Below are positions 40,040 through 47,565 of a stretch of DNA of 47,565 nucleotides, one piece after another (the first letter of the stretch is position 1; each line of letters begins with the position of its first letter). The translations under genes and the position numbers were made by a program. The DNA is from Deltaproteobacteria bacterium (GTDB taxonomy: Bacteria; Myxococcota_A; UBA9160; SMWR01): the NCBI GenBank assembly GCA_032128375.1, contig JAQBGU010000211.1, forward strand, positions 1 to 47,565. The letters run 5' to 3'. Under the pieces are notes generated by a model that ran no database searches, was not told the DNA's origin, and saw nothing but the letters and a program-made list of their open reading frames with translations.

Positions 40040-40238
40040 TCGCTCGCGCCTCTGGCGCCGCGCAGCGAGTGCCTGCTGCTCCCACCGCGGCGAGCGTGGC
40101 TGCGCTATCCGGCTCCGGCACGGTCGTAATCGAGACGTCTGGTCTCGTGGATCCGAAGGTAACCGTGGGCGTCTCGGCCGCGAGCGCCGAGTAGACGCCC
40201 TCATCGGTGACGTGTGGCGGGTTCCGCGGCTTCGGCAG
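40040..40238 (-). pseudogene. Orphan C-terminal remnant with a PEP-CTERM-like sorting signal
   Basis: ...DVSITTVPEPDSAATLAAVGAA, then a frameshift to ALAARRQRRER; upstream in-frame TAG at 40241-40239. Confidence 0.55.
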
Positions 40239-40296
40239 CTACGCAAGGACCGAACTGCGGCGAGCCATGAAGATCAACGGTCTCTGACGGCGGCGC

Positions 40297-41133
40297 CTAA
40301 GGAAGTAGTGCATCGGGCGGTAGCGCGACGATTCCGCTTCCTCCGATCGCGCGGACTTCGCCAAGTCGGTCCCAGAGCGCGGCAGCCTCCACCACCAGGT
40401 GCACGGCGACGAGGTCATCGCGGCCGGCGAGCGGCAGCACTGTTGGAGCGGCCAGGCCAGGGAAGAGTGCAGTGAGGGCTTCGATTTCGCTCGGGGGCAG
40501 ATGGAGCATGACGTAGCGATGCCGAGCGGCATCCATGGCCGCGCGGAGCCGAAGGCTGACGTCGTCGAGTTTCGGGTTTTCGGTGTGAACGAAGAGCGCC
40601 TCACAAGGCACGATCTCGGCGAGCACGCGGAGTCGGTTCTGGCTCAGGCTCGTGCCCGTTTCGCGCAGATCCGCGATGGCATCCGCGAGACCAGCGGCGC
40701 ACACGCCCTCCAACGCCCCACCCATGGCGACTACCGTCACTTCGATCTGGTGTTCCTGGAACCAGGCGCTCGTGGCCGCCGGCAGATGGGTGGCCACGAC
40801 GGCTCCGGCGAGGTCGCTTGCGGATTCTCTGCCATCGTCGTCTCGGCTCGCGACGACCAAGGCAGAACGTGACAGCCCGAGTGGCATTGCGGACAGCCGT
40901 CCGAGCCCTTCTTCGAGCACCAGATCCGTGGAGAGGAACGCCGCGTCGATGCGTCCCGCGGCGAGCCAGGAGGCCGCATCCCGCGGTCTCATCTCGATGA
41001 ACTCAATGTCGCCGATGGTCGTGCGGGCGCCGGTGCCGCGCAGCGCGGAGGTCCGGAAGCCAGCATGCTCCAGCAGCGCGACGACGCCGTCGCGGAGGCG
41101 TCCTCGGGAGGGAACGGCGATGCGTGCACTCAC
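40297..41133 (-). CDS. hisG: ATP phosphoribosyltransferase, long form
   Basis: RIAVPSRGRL, RPRD, ADAIADLRETGTSL..NRL, C-terminal PG..APTV regulatory domain; GTG start overlaps the hisE TGA. Confidence 0.9.
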   Translation of the reverse strand: MSARIAVPSRGRLRDGVVALLEHAGFRTSALRGTGARTTIGDIEFIEMRPRDAASWLAAGRIDAAFLSTDLVLEEGLGRLSAMPLGLSRSALVVASRDDDGRESASDLAGAVVATHLPAATSAWFQEHQIEVTVVAMGGALEGVCAAGLADAIADLRETGTSLSQNRLRVLAEIVPCEALFVHTENPKLDDVSLRLRAAMDAARHRYVMLHLPPSEIEALTALFPGLAAPTVLPLAGRDDLVAVHLVVEAAALWDRLGEVRAIGGSGIVALPPDALLP

Positions 41134-41414
41134 CGTCGTCTCTCGTCGAGTTCTTGGAGAACGGCGTCGAACGGAACGTTGCATTCCACCAAGCCGACGA
41201 GCAGATGGAAGATCAGATCGGCTGCCTCGGAAGTGACGCGCTCGGTATCTCTGTTGGGACGACCCAGCTCGACGCAGGTCTCGAAAGCTTCCTCCATGAT
41301 CTTGCGTTGGATTCGCTCCGGATCGTTGAAGAGCTCCGTCGCGTAAGAACCGGCTGGCCGGTGCTCGTGTCGTTCTCGAAGTACTTGCTCGAGTGCGGCG
41401 ATCGTTGTCAGCAT
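41130..41414 (-). CDS. hisE: Phosphoribosyl-ATP pyrophosphatase
   Basis: GSYATELF, KIMEEAFE, EAADLIFHLLV, EL.ERR. Confidence 0.92.
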   Translation of the reverse strand: MLTTIAALEQVLRERHEHRPAGSYATELFNDPERIQRKIMEEAFETCVELGRPNRDTERVTSEAADLIFHLLVGLVECNVPFDAVLQELDERRR

Positions 41415-41420
41415 ACGCCG

Positions 41421-41426
41421 AGCTTA
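41421..41426 (-). promoter_or_regulatory. Putative -10 box for a leaderless hisEG transcript
   Basis: TAAGCT exactly 6 nt before the hisE ATG; no SD. Confidence 0.5.
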
Positions 41427-41463
41427 GCGCTCCGCCGTCAGCCGTGGAGAAGGGAGCATCCAA

Positions 41464-41514
41464 ATGAGCTCGGGCCAAAAGATCTTCGAGTGGTTGCGGG
41501 AACATCAATGGTAG
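41464..41514 (+). CDS. Possible 16-aa small ORF (MSSGQKIFEWLREHQW)
   Basis: AGGGAG SD 7 nt before ATG 41464; lies upstream of the TauD gene. Confidence 0.25.
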   Translation: MSSGQKIFEWLREHQW

Positions 41515-41606
41515 TCTTGGTCCTCGATCGGCAATCGGCCGATTCCAACAGGACGCGAGCAGCGACACCCGGCTCGCTTCCTCCAACCCTCACCAGGCAG
41601 TTGAAT

Positions 41607-42728
41607 ATGCAAACCAGCAACACGACCGAACAAGCGCACTACAACTCCGTCGCCATCAAGACCGCCGCGAGACTTCACGAGGTGCGTCTGGCGATCCGGA
41701 AGAAATTCGAAGCAAAAGAGCGCCCGATGGAGAAGCTCTTCCCCCCGCACAACCGGGCCGGCCTCGGCGTGGCGCTCGAATACGAGCGCATGGGCAACCG
41801 GCCGGTTTCGGCAGAGCTGCAGTCTCGCGCTGAGAAATTCGGGTTTGGGTTCGAGCATCTCGGCGTCACCATCGGAACGGTCATCCACCAGATCGATCTC
41901 GAGGGGACGCCCTCAGACGAGCTGATCCGGTTCATCCGTGACACGCTGCTGGAACGCAAGGTGGTCTTCTTCAGGGACCAGCATCTGAACGAAGAAGAGC
42001 AGGTGGCGTTCGGCCGCCGGTTCGGCGATCTGGATGCGTTTCCCTTCGGGCCGACCGGCGAGAACCCATACATTCTCGAGATCCGTCACGGCAAGCATAG
42101 TCCTGGATCCGAGAACGGCTGGCACACCGACGTCACCTGGATGGAGCGGCCGTCGCTGGGATCGATCGCCCAGTGCATCGTTGTGCCTCCAATCGGTGGC
42201 GACACGCTGTTCTCCGATAGCCACGCCGCCTACCTGGGGCTTCCCGCCGAACTCCAGCAGCGCATCGAACCTCTGCACGGAATCAATGACTACCGCAACT
42301 TTCTGACACCTCTCGGTCCAAGCCTTCCAGCGGATCTCGCCGGTACGATCAAAGAGGAGATCCCGTTCGGCGTCAGCCATCCTTTGCTTCGCACCCATCC
42401 CGAAACCGGGAAGACTGGACTCTACATTCACGGTGGGTTTATCCGACACGATTCGCTGTATGACGTGCGTACGGGCGAACCGCTCGAGAAGTCGCAGTCG
42501 ATCGAAGTCGTCCGGGAGTTGCTGCAGCAACACCAACGGCACGAGTACCAATGCCGGTTCCGATGGGAGCCAGGTTCGATCGCGTTCTGGGACAACCGGG
42601 CGGTGCAGCACTACGCAACGAGCGACTACTACCCACACCGGCGGATCCTGCGGCGGGTCACGGTGAGCGGCGACAAGCCCTTCTACGGCCCGGCGAAAGC
42701 AGGCCCTACGAAAGTACAGGTGGGTTGA
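41607..42728 (+). CDS. TauD/TfdA family 2OG-dependent dioxygenase with an N-terminal extension
   Basis: KVVFFRDQHL, WHTDVTW, GGDTLF, HPLLRTHPETG, WDNRAVQHYA; start 41607 or a later ATG. Confidence 0.9.
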   Translation: MQTSNTTEQAHYNSVAIKTAARLHEVRLAIRKKFEAKERPMEKLFPPHNRAGLGVALEYERMGNRPVSAELQSRAEKFGFGFEHLGVTIGTVIHQIDLEGTPSDELIRFIRDTLLERKVVFFRDQHLNEEEQVAFGRRFGDLDAFPFGPTGENPYILEIRHGKHSPGSENGWHTDVTWMERPSLGSIAQCIVVPPIGGDTLFSDSHAAYLGLPAELQQRIEPLHGINDYRNFLTPLGPSLPADLAGTIKEEIPFGVSHPLLRTHPETGKTGLYIHGGFIRHDSLYDVRTGEPLEKSQSIEVVRELLQQHQRHEYQCRFRWEPGSIAFWDNRAVQHYATSDYYPHRRILRRVTVSGDKPFYGPAKAGPTKVQVG

Positions 42729-42731
42729 GCG

Positions 42732-43496
42732 ATGAAGCCTGTCTGTCTGGTCATCGGTGCGGGCGCCGGCATCGGCGGTAACGTGGGGATGCGATTCGCG
42801 AAAGAGGGCTATCACGCGGTCCAGTGTAGACGCAGCGACGAAGAGGGTCTTCGCAACCTGGTGAAGAGCATCGAACGGGAAGCTGGGACCGCGTCGGGTT
42901 TTCTGCTCAATGCCGCCGAGGCCGACAGCATCGAGGAACGCGTTGCCGCGGTCGAGGCAGAGATCGGCCCGATCGAGGTAGTCGTATTCAACCTGGGCGC
43001 CCAGATCGGAGACCGCGCGCTCGCAGACACCAGCTACAAGGCGTTCGAGATGGGTTGGAGACTCGCGACGTTTGCACTGTTTCGCGTTGCATCGACGGTC
43101 TGCCCGCTGATGGAGGCACGCGCCACGGGGACGATCCTGGTCACCTCCGCAACGGCCGCGGTCCGCGGAAACAGCGGGCAGCACTCGCATGCCGCAGCGA
43201 TGGGCGGGCGACGCATGCTCTGTCAAACGCTCAACGCGGAGTTCGGGCCCAAGGGTATCCACGTCGCTCACATTCTGATCGATGGTGCGGTCGACGCCCC
43301 CGACACGCTGGGCAAGATGCTCGGGCCCGAGCGTTTCCAGCAGCTCCGGGAATCGCGCGGCATGGACAAAGATGGACTGCTGCTCCCGAGCAAGATCGCA
43401 GACACCTACTTCCATCTGGCGCAGCAACACCGGTCCTGTTGGACGCACGAAATCGACATGCGATCGTTCTCAGACCGACCGTGGTGGAATCACTGA
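42732..43496 (+). CDS. Atypical SDR family oxidoreductase
   Basis: GAGAGIG, TSATAAVRG, GIHVAHILIDG; HAAAM at the YxxxK position. Confidence 0.88.
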   Translation: MKPVCLVIGAGAGIGGNVGMRFAKEGYHAVQCRRSDEEGLRNLVKSIEREAGTASGFLLNAAEADSIEERVAAVEAEIGPIEVVVFNLGAQIGDRALADTSYKAFEMGWRLATFALFRVASTVCPLMEARATGTILVTSATAAVRGNSGQHSHAAAMGGRRMLCQTLNAEFGPKGIHVAHILIDGAVDAPDTLGKMLGPERFQQLRESRGMDKDGLLLPSKIADTYFHLAQQHRSCWTHEIDMRSFSDRPWWNH

Positions 43497-43508
43497 CGCT
43501 GGCCAGCT

Positions 43509-44177
43509 TCAGCGCTCGCCGTCCGGCGGGTTCTGTGATCCCGGGCCGACGCCCGCGTCCGGATCGGGCGGCGCGAGCAGCCACGTGAGTTCATCGCGTT
43601 CCGCTGCAAAGTGTTCCTCGGCGATCAACCGCATGTTTCGCTGCACGAAGTCGCGGGGCAGGTCGAGCCGCTCGATCAATCGCGCCCCCGCGATCGAGAT
43701 CTCGCCATCCGCTTCGCTGACGCGCGGTTCCAGCAGCATCACCGCCGCTTCAGAATTCGACACTGCGAACTCGATCAGCAGCGGCCGGCGGCGTTCCGCG
43801 GCCGCGCCGCGATCTCCGATGCGCGGAATCGGGATCGCACGCTCGGCGGAATCGAGCGCAGCGAGGTAGCGCTCTGACGCCTCGGAACCCGCTGCGCCGG
43901 CGGGCCAGTTCTCGCGCTCCCGGTCGCGGATCTCCGCCAGCACGCGTCGAAGCAGTTTGGTGTACAGCAGCGTTTGGACCACGCGCGTCGAGCCGCGTGC
44001 GACGAGCCTCAGCTCTCCGTGCCTTCCGCCGCGCGACCTGATGTCGGAGCGGTGCAGGACGCGGTCCCCGGAGCGCTCCAGCAGCGGACCCGCCGACTCC
44101 GCTCCGGGCTGCGCGGCCGCGGCGATCGCGAGCGCCAACGACAGCAGCGCAAGCAGCGTTGCGCGACCGTGCGTCAC
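43509..44177 (-). CDS. Secreted hypothetical protein
   Basis: Signal peptide TLLALLSLALAIAAAA; GTG start overlaps the MMPL TGA. Confidence 0.7.
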   Translation of the reverse strand: MTHGRATLLALLSLALAIAAAAQPGAESAGPLLERSGDRVLHRSDIRSRGGRHGELRLVARGSTRVVQTLLYTKLLRRVLAEIRDRERENWPAGAAGSEASERYLAALDSAERAIPIPRIGDRGAAAERRRPLLIEFAVSNSEAAVMLLEPRVSEADGEISIAGARLIERLDLPRDFVQRNMRLIAEEHFAAERDELTWLLAPPDPDAGVGPGSQNPPDGER

Positions 44178-46441
44178 GCGTCGACTCCAGGCCGAGCCGG
44201 ATCCCACAGCACCAGGTAGGCCGGCAGCAGCAGCAGGTCGCACAGCAGCGCGCTGATCATCGTAACACCGGTCAGCAGCGAGAAATAGATGGTGGGCTTG
44301 AAACTGCCCAGTGCCCCCACCCAGAACCCGATGACCAGCACCAGCGACGAGATGACCAGCGCGCGACCGGTGCTGGAGGTGGTTGTTCGGACTGCATCGG
44401 CCGCGCCCCGGTGGCTCTCGCGCCGGAAACGCGTCAGGTAGTGGATGGTGTCATCGACGGCGAGGCCGATTACCACCGAGGCAATCATCGTCGTTCCGGT
44501 GCTGAGTTCGATGCCCAGCGCGCCCATCAGACCGCCGGTCCACGCGATCGGAATCAGGTTGGGAATGATCGACACGGCCATCAGGTGTGCGGAACGGAAC
44601 ATCGCGCCCACGGCCAGGATCACCAGCGCGAAGGCCAGCGCGAAGCTCTCCAGCTGTTTCTCGACCAGCCGGTTCGAGTCTCGGGCCAGCTGGTGGAAGG
44701 CGCCGGTGACCGCGAGCGCGTAGTCGTCCCCGAAGATCGCGTGGGCTTCAGCGAGAATCCGTTCTTCGAGTGGGGCTGCGACAGCCGTTCCCACGGAGTG
44801 GATCTGCGCGCGTACACGCGTGTGACGGAACTCCGGATCGATCAAACGGCGCGCGAGGTCGTCGTCTCCCGCCGCTTCGAGCAGGTCGAACGCGTAGAGC
44901 AGCTCAGCCTCGTCGCCCGGCAACTGCCAGCCCTCCGCGCGTGTCTCTGATCTGTGTATGGCGCTCAGCAGCGACAGAACGCTCTGCACGGACCCCACCT
45001 CGGGGTGAGCGAGCAACACCTGGCGGAAACGGTCGAGGCGCGCCACCGCATCCGTCGAGGCCAGCGAGGATCCGTCGGTTCGCGAAAGCACGAACTCGAG
45101 CGTGTTGATGCCCGCCAGATTCCGATCGATGAACATCGAGTCCACGAACAGCTCCGCATCCGGCTTCAAGAAGCGCACCAGATCCGTGTTGATCCGGAGC
45201 TGCGAGATCCCGACGAGTCCCGCCAGCGTCAGCAGGCCTGCCACTGCGAGAATCGCAACCGGGTGGTCGACGGAGGCTCGCACCGCCTGCCGCAGCGCTG
45301 CCGCCAACGCGCCGTCGCTCGGCCGAGAGGGCGGTACCGCCGCGAGTGGAATGAAGCTCAACATGACCGGCACCAACGTGAGGCTGATCGCCAGCGAAAT
45401 CATCACGCCCAACGCGGTGAAGGCTCCGAACAGCCGGACCGCAGGCGTGTCGCTGACCACGAGCGAGAGCATACCGAGCGCCGTCGTGAGCGACGTGTAG
45501 AAACAGGGTCGGCGAAGGTCGCGGACCACCGACACGATGCTGAGATTCCGGTCCCCCGAAGGGGGCTGCCGGAAGAGCCAGCTCTCGTAGAGGTGTATGC
45601 TCGTGGTCACGGACACCACCATCAACACGGGTGGCAGCAGCGAGGTCATGGTGTTGAGCGCGTTGCCGCTCGCGCCGTAGCAGCCGAGCGTCCACACCAG
45701 CGTCACTCCGGTCACAGCCAGCGGGATCACCACACCCGAAAGGCGTCGGAAGATGACCGCGAGCACGATCGCCAGCACCGCAACCGAGCTCGGGATCAAC
45801 ACTGACTGATCGCGCTCGAGCAGTCGCGTCACTTCGTATTTCTGCGCGTCGATGCCGGTGAGGTGCAGCTCGGCGGGCGGGTGCCCCAACTCGCCCATCA
45901 GCGCCCGCAATTCGGCCAGGATCCGGGGGCGGTAATCGTCGTCAGCCGGGCGCAGCTCGATTTCGACCAGCACAGCTGCCGTCGCGAGGTCCGCGGACAT
46001 CAGAAAGCCCGCGAACTCCGGATTGCGCTGCACGGCGCGCCGCGCACGGCCCGGGTAGTCCGTGCCAGCGACTGGGCGGGGAAGCAGATTTCGCTCCACG
46101 GCGCCGTCGGGCCCTGGCACCAGCTCGATCGCATTGCTGAGGCTGTAGACCCGTCGCACGCCATCGATCTTCCCGGCGCGCTTGGTCAGCGCGTCGAGCA
46201 GGCCGATGCCCTCCGAGCCGAGCAACCGGGGGTGAGTGACGCTGAGCACCAGGTCTTCGTCGCTACCGAAGCGGCGCCGGAACTCCGCATAGGTGGCGCG
46301 CTCCTCGCCGCTGAACGAGTTCATCGACTCGTTGCTCTGCTCTACGGGAACACGGGCAGCAAAGACGCCGAATATCGATGTCGCGACCGCGAGCGCGACG
46401 AGATACGGCAGACGCGCATGGGTGAGCAGAGCCCGGATCAT
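44174..46441 (-). CDS. MMPL/RND family transporter
   Basis: Two repeats of periplasmic loop plus TM bundle; PCFYTSLTTALG, PNLIP, GLAVDDTIH, LLLPA. Confidence 0.92.
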   Translation of the reverse strand: MIRALLTHARLPYLVALAVATSIFGVFAARVPVEQSNESMNSFSGEERATYAEFRRRFGSDEDLVLSVTHPRLLGSEGIGLLDALTKRAGKIDGVRRVYSLSNAIELVPGPDGAVERNLLPRPVAGTDYPGRARRAVQRNPEFAGFLMSADLATAAVLVEIELRPADDDYRPRILAELRALMGELGHPPAELHLTGIDAQKYEVTRLLERDQSVLIPSSVAVLAIVLAVIFRRLSGVVIPLAVTGVTLVWTLGCYGASGNALNTMTSLLPPVLMVVSVTTSIHLYESWLFRQPPSGDRNLSIVSVVRDLRRPCFYTSLTTALGMLSLVVSDTPAVRLFGAFTALGVMISLAISLTLVPVMLSFIPLAAVPPSRPSDGALAAALRQAVRASVDHPVAILAVAGLLTLAGLVGISQLRINTDLVRFLKPDAELFVDSMFIDRNLAGINTLEFVLSRTDGSSLASTDAVARLDRFRQVLLAHPEVGSVQSVLSLLSAIHRSETRAEGWQLPGDEAELLYAFDLLEAAGDDDLARRLIDPEFRHTRVRAQIHSVGTAVAAPLEERILAEAHAIFGDDYALAVTGAFHQLARDSNRLVEKQLESFALAFALVILAVGAMFRSAHLMAVSIIPNLIPIAWTGGLMGALGIELSTGTTMIASVVIGLAVDDTIHYLTRFRRESHRGAADAVRTTTSSTGRALVISSLVLVIGFWVGALGSFKPTIYFSLLTGVTMISALLCDLLLLPAYLVLWDPARPGVDA

Positions 46442-46656
46442 GATCTCGCCTCAATCGCATTGGATTGGCCCAGAATCGCGAATCACAGCGCCTGGCACAT
46501 CGATGAGAGAATCAGGCTCCTTGCCGAAGAAGGTTACCGCGGCCGAGCCCATCTGCCGCCACAACAGGTCGGCGCGAGGCTATCGCCTTCCGCGGATTAT
46601 CTGCAAGAATGTGGAAATGAAGCGCAGAAGGTGTTGGTAGGTTTCCGCCCGGAGAT

Positions 46657-46830
46657 TTGGGCCACACGGTCGATCCCCGCACAGAGGGGTCGACTCCCAG
46701 CGATGTGGACGTCGATCCCAGCAACAATCAGACGAGCGCGACCATCAGCGTTCCCGAACCGAGGTCCGCATTGCTTGCGCTCTACGCACTCGCGACGCTG
46801 GCCGTGACGCATCGCCTCCGCGCTTCGAGG
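46657..46830 (+). pseudogene. Orphan C-terminal remnant: DUF11-like end plus PEP-CTERM-like sorting signal
   Basis: DVDPSNNQTSATISVPEPRSALLALYALATLAVTHRLRASR; in-frame TGA at 46618-46620 upstream; no signal peptide. Confidence 0.6.
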
Positions 46831-46834
46831 ACCG

Positions 46835-47565
46835 TTATTCGCTCGATTTGTTGTTTCGCTGTGCCGCTTCGAGTTTCTCGATGTCTGCCGGAGACAACTG
46901 CGGCCGGTTCACCTCGAGCGTCAGCTTGTTGAGCTTGGCGGTGAGGGCGAACGGCGGCTGGTAGTCCGCATCGTTCACGCCGGTCAACGTGTCGGAACCG
47001 ATATCGAAGCTCTCGTCCCATTGCAGAATCATGGGCAGCGTTTTCGGCATCTTGTGGGTCGCCACGACCTTGCCGTCCACCTTGAGCGTGCCGGTGCCGG
47101 GGCGGCCGAGGCCGCTCATGTTGTTGAATAGGAGCGTTCCGACGCCGAGGCCTTCGTACTCGAAGTCGAATTCGAGGATGTGCTTGCCGGGCACGAGCGC
47201 GTCGGGGCCTTCCCACTTGATGCGCTCGAGGTCGATGATGTTCCAGAGGAACACCGGCTTGCCTTTCAGCAGGTAGAACCCGTAGCCGGAGAAGCGTCCG
47301 CCCGACGTGAGGATCATGCCTTCCGCGCGGCCTTTGGGCACTTCAATGTCAGCGGTGATGGTGTAGGAGCTGTTGAGCAGGAACGGAGAATCGCCCTGAG
47401 GCAAACCGACCATCGGGCGGGTGTAAACGAACTCCGTGCGACCGGCTGTGATATTTGGCCGCGGTGCCACGATACGCGCCGCCACCGAGGCGTCGAGTGG
47501 GAAGACCTGGTACTTCTTCGCTTCCTTGATGAACAACTCCTTCAACGCTTTCACCTTTTTGGGAT
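46835..47565 (-). CDS. Arylsulfatase, C-terminal part (runs off the window end)
   Basis: LKELFIKEAKKYQVFPLD, SYTITADIEVP, GGRFSGYGFY, DESFDIGSDT.TGV...Y.PPF; catalytic N-terminus lies outside the window. Confidence 0.8.
   Translation of the reverse strand, partial: PKKVKALKELFIKEAKKYQVFPLDASVAARIVAPRPNITAGRTEFVYTRPMVGLPQGDSPFLLNSSYTITADIEVPKGRAEGMILTSGGRFSGYGFYLLKGKPVFLWNIIDLERIKWEGPDALVPGKHILEFDFEYEGLGVGTLLFNNMSGLGRPGTGTLKVDGKVVATHKMPKTLPMILQWDESFDIGSDTLTGVNDADYQPPFALTAKLNKLTLEVNRPQLSPADIEKLEAAQRNNKSSE

Noticed and set aside
41124..41606. 534-aa TauD and 429-aa HisG calls with long N-terminal extensions
   Set aside because: The extensions overlap hisE; better starts are 41607 for TauD and GTG 41133 for hisG
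1..47565. CRISPR array, tRNA, rRNA, riboswitch or prophage genes
   Set aside because: No spaced repeat array, cloverleaf, rRNA-like tract or phage hallmark recognised by eye; an Rfam/tRNAscan run would be needed to exclude small RNAs

Overview
High-GC bacterial chromosomal segment (roughly 60-65% GC by eye). It is probably from a Gram-negative organism, because two PEP-CTERM-like tails are present; finer taxonomy cannot be supported from the window. In order it holds: trpBA; a PtpB-like phosphatase; a cell-surface glycosylation region (GT2, two GT-C/ArnT-like membrane proteins, SGNH hydrolase, WcaJ-like priming transferase, GT4, sulfotransferase, AspH/LpxO-like hydroxylase); a lipid/steroid-type catabolic block (LLM monooxygenase, P450, acyl-CoA dehydrogenase, SnoaL protein, SDR, enoyl-CoA hydratase); a CehA/McbA-type PHP hydrolase; a fused indolepyruvate:ferredoxin oxidoreductase broken by one in-frame TAG; a small protein/PhyH pair; a VanZ-LamG fusion; an orphan response regulator; a second sulfotransferase; three pseudogenes beside a complete IS1634-family element (10-bp IRs, 6-bp target duplication); hisEG; TauD plus an atypical SDR; an MMPL transporter; and a partial arylsulfatase. 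I found no rRNA, tRNA, CRISPR array or prophage, and I cannot show a clear-cut new multi-gene system. The best novelty candidates are the apparently circularly permuted LamG domain inside VanZ, an IS1634 transposase with an internal duplication at an 85-codon offset, the amber-interrupted IOR, two orphan PEP-CTERM tails, recurrent 12-15 bp intragenic micro-duplications and a shared leaderless-promoter signature. All family calls come from recognising motifs by eye, not from database searches.
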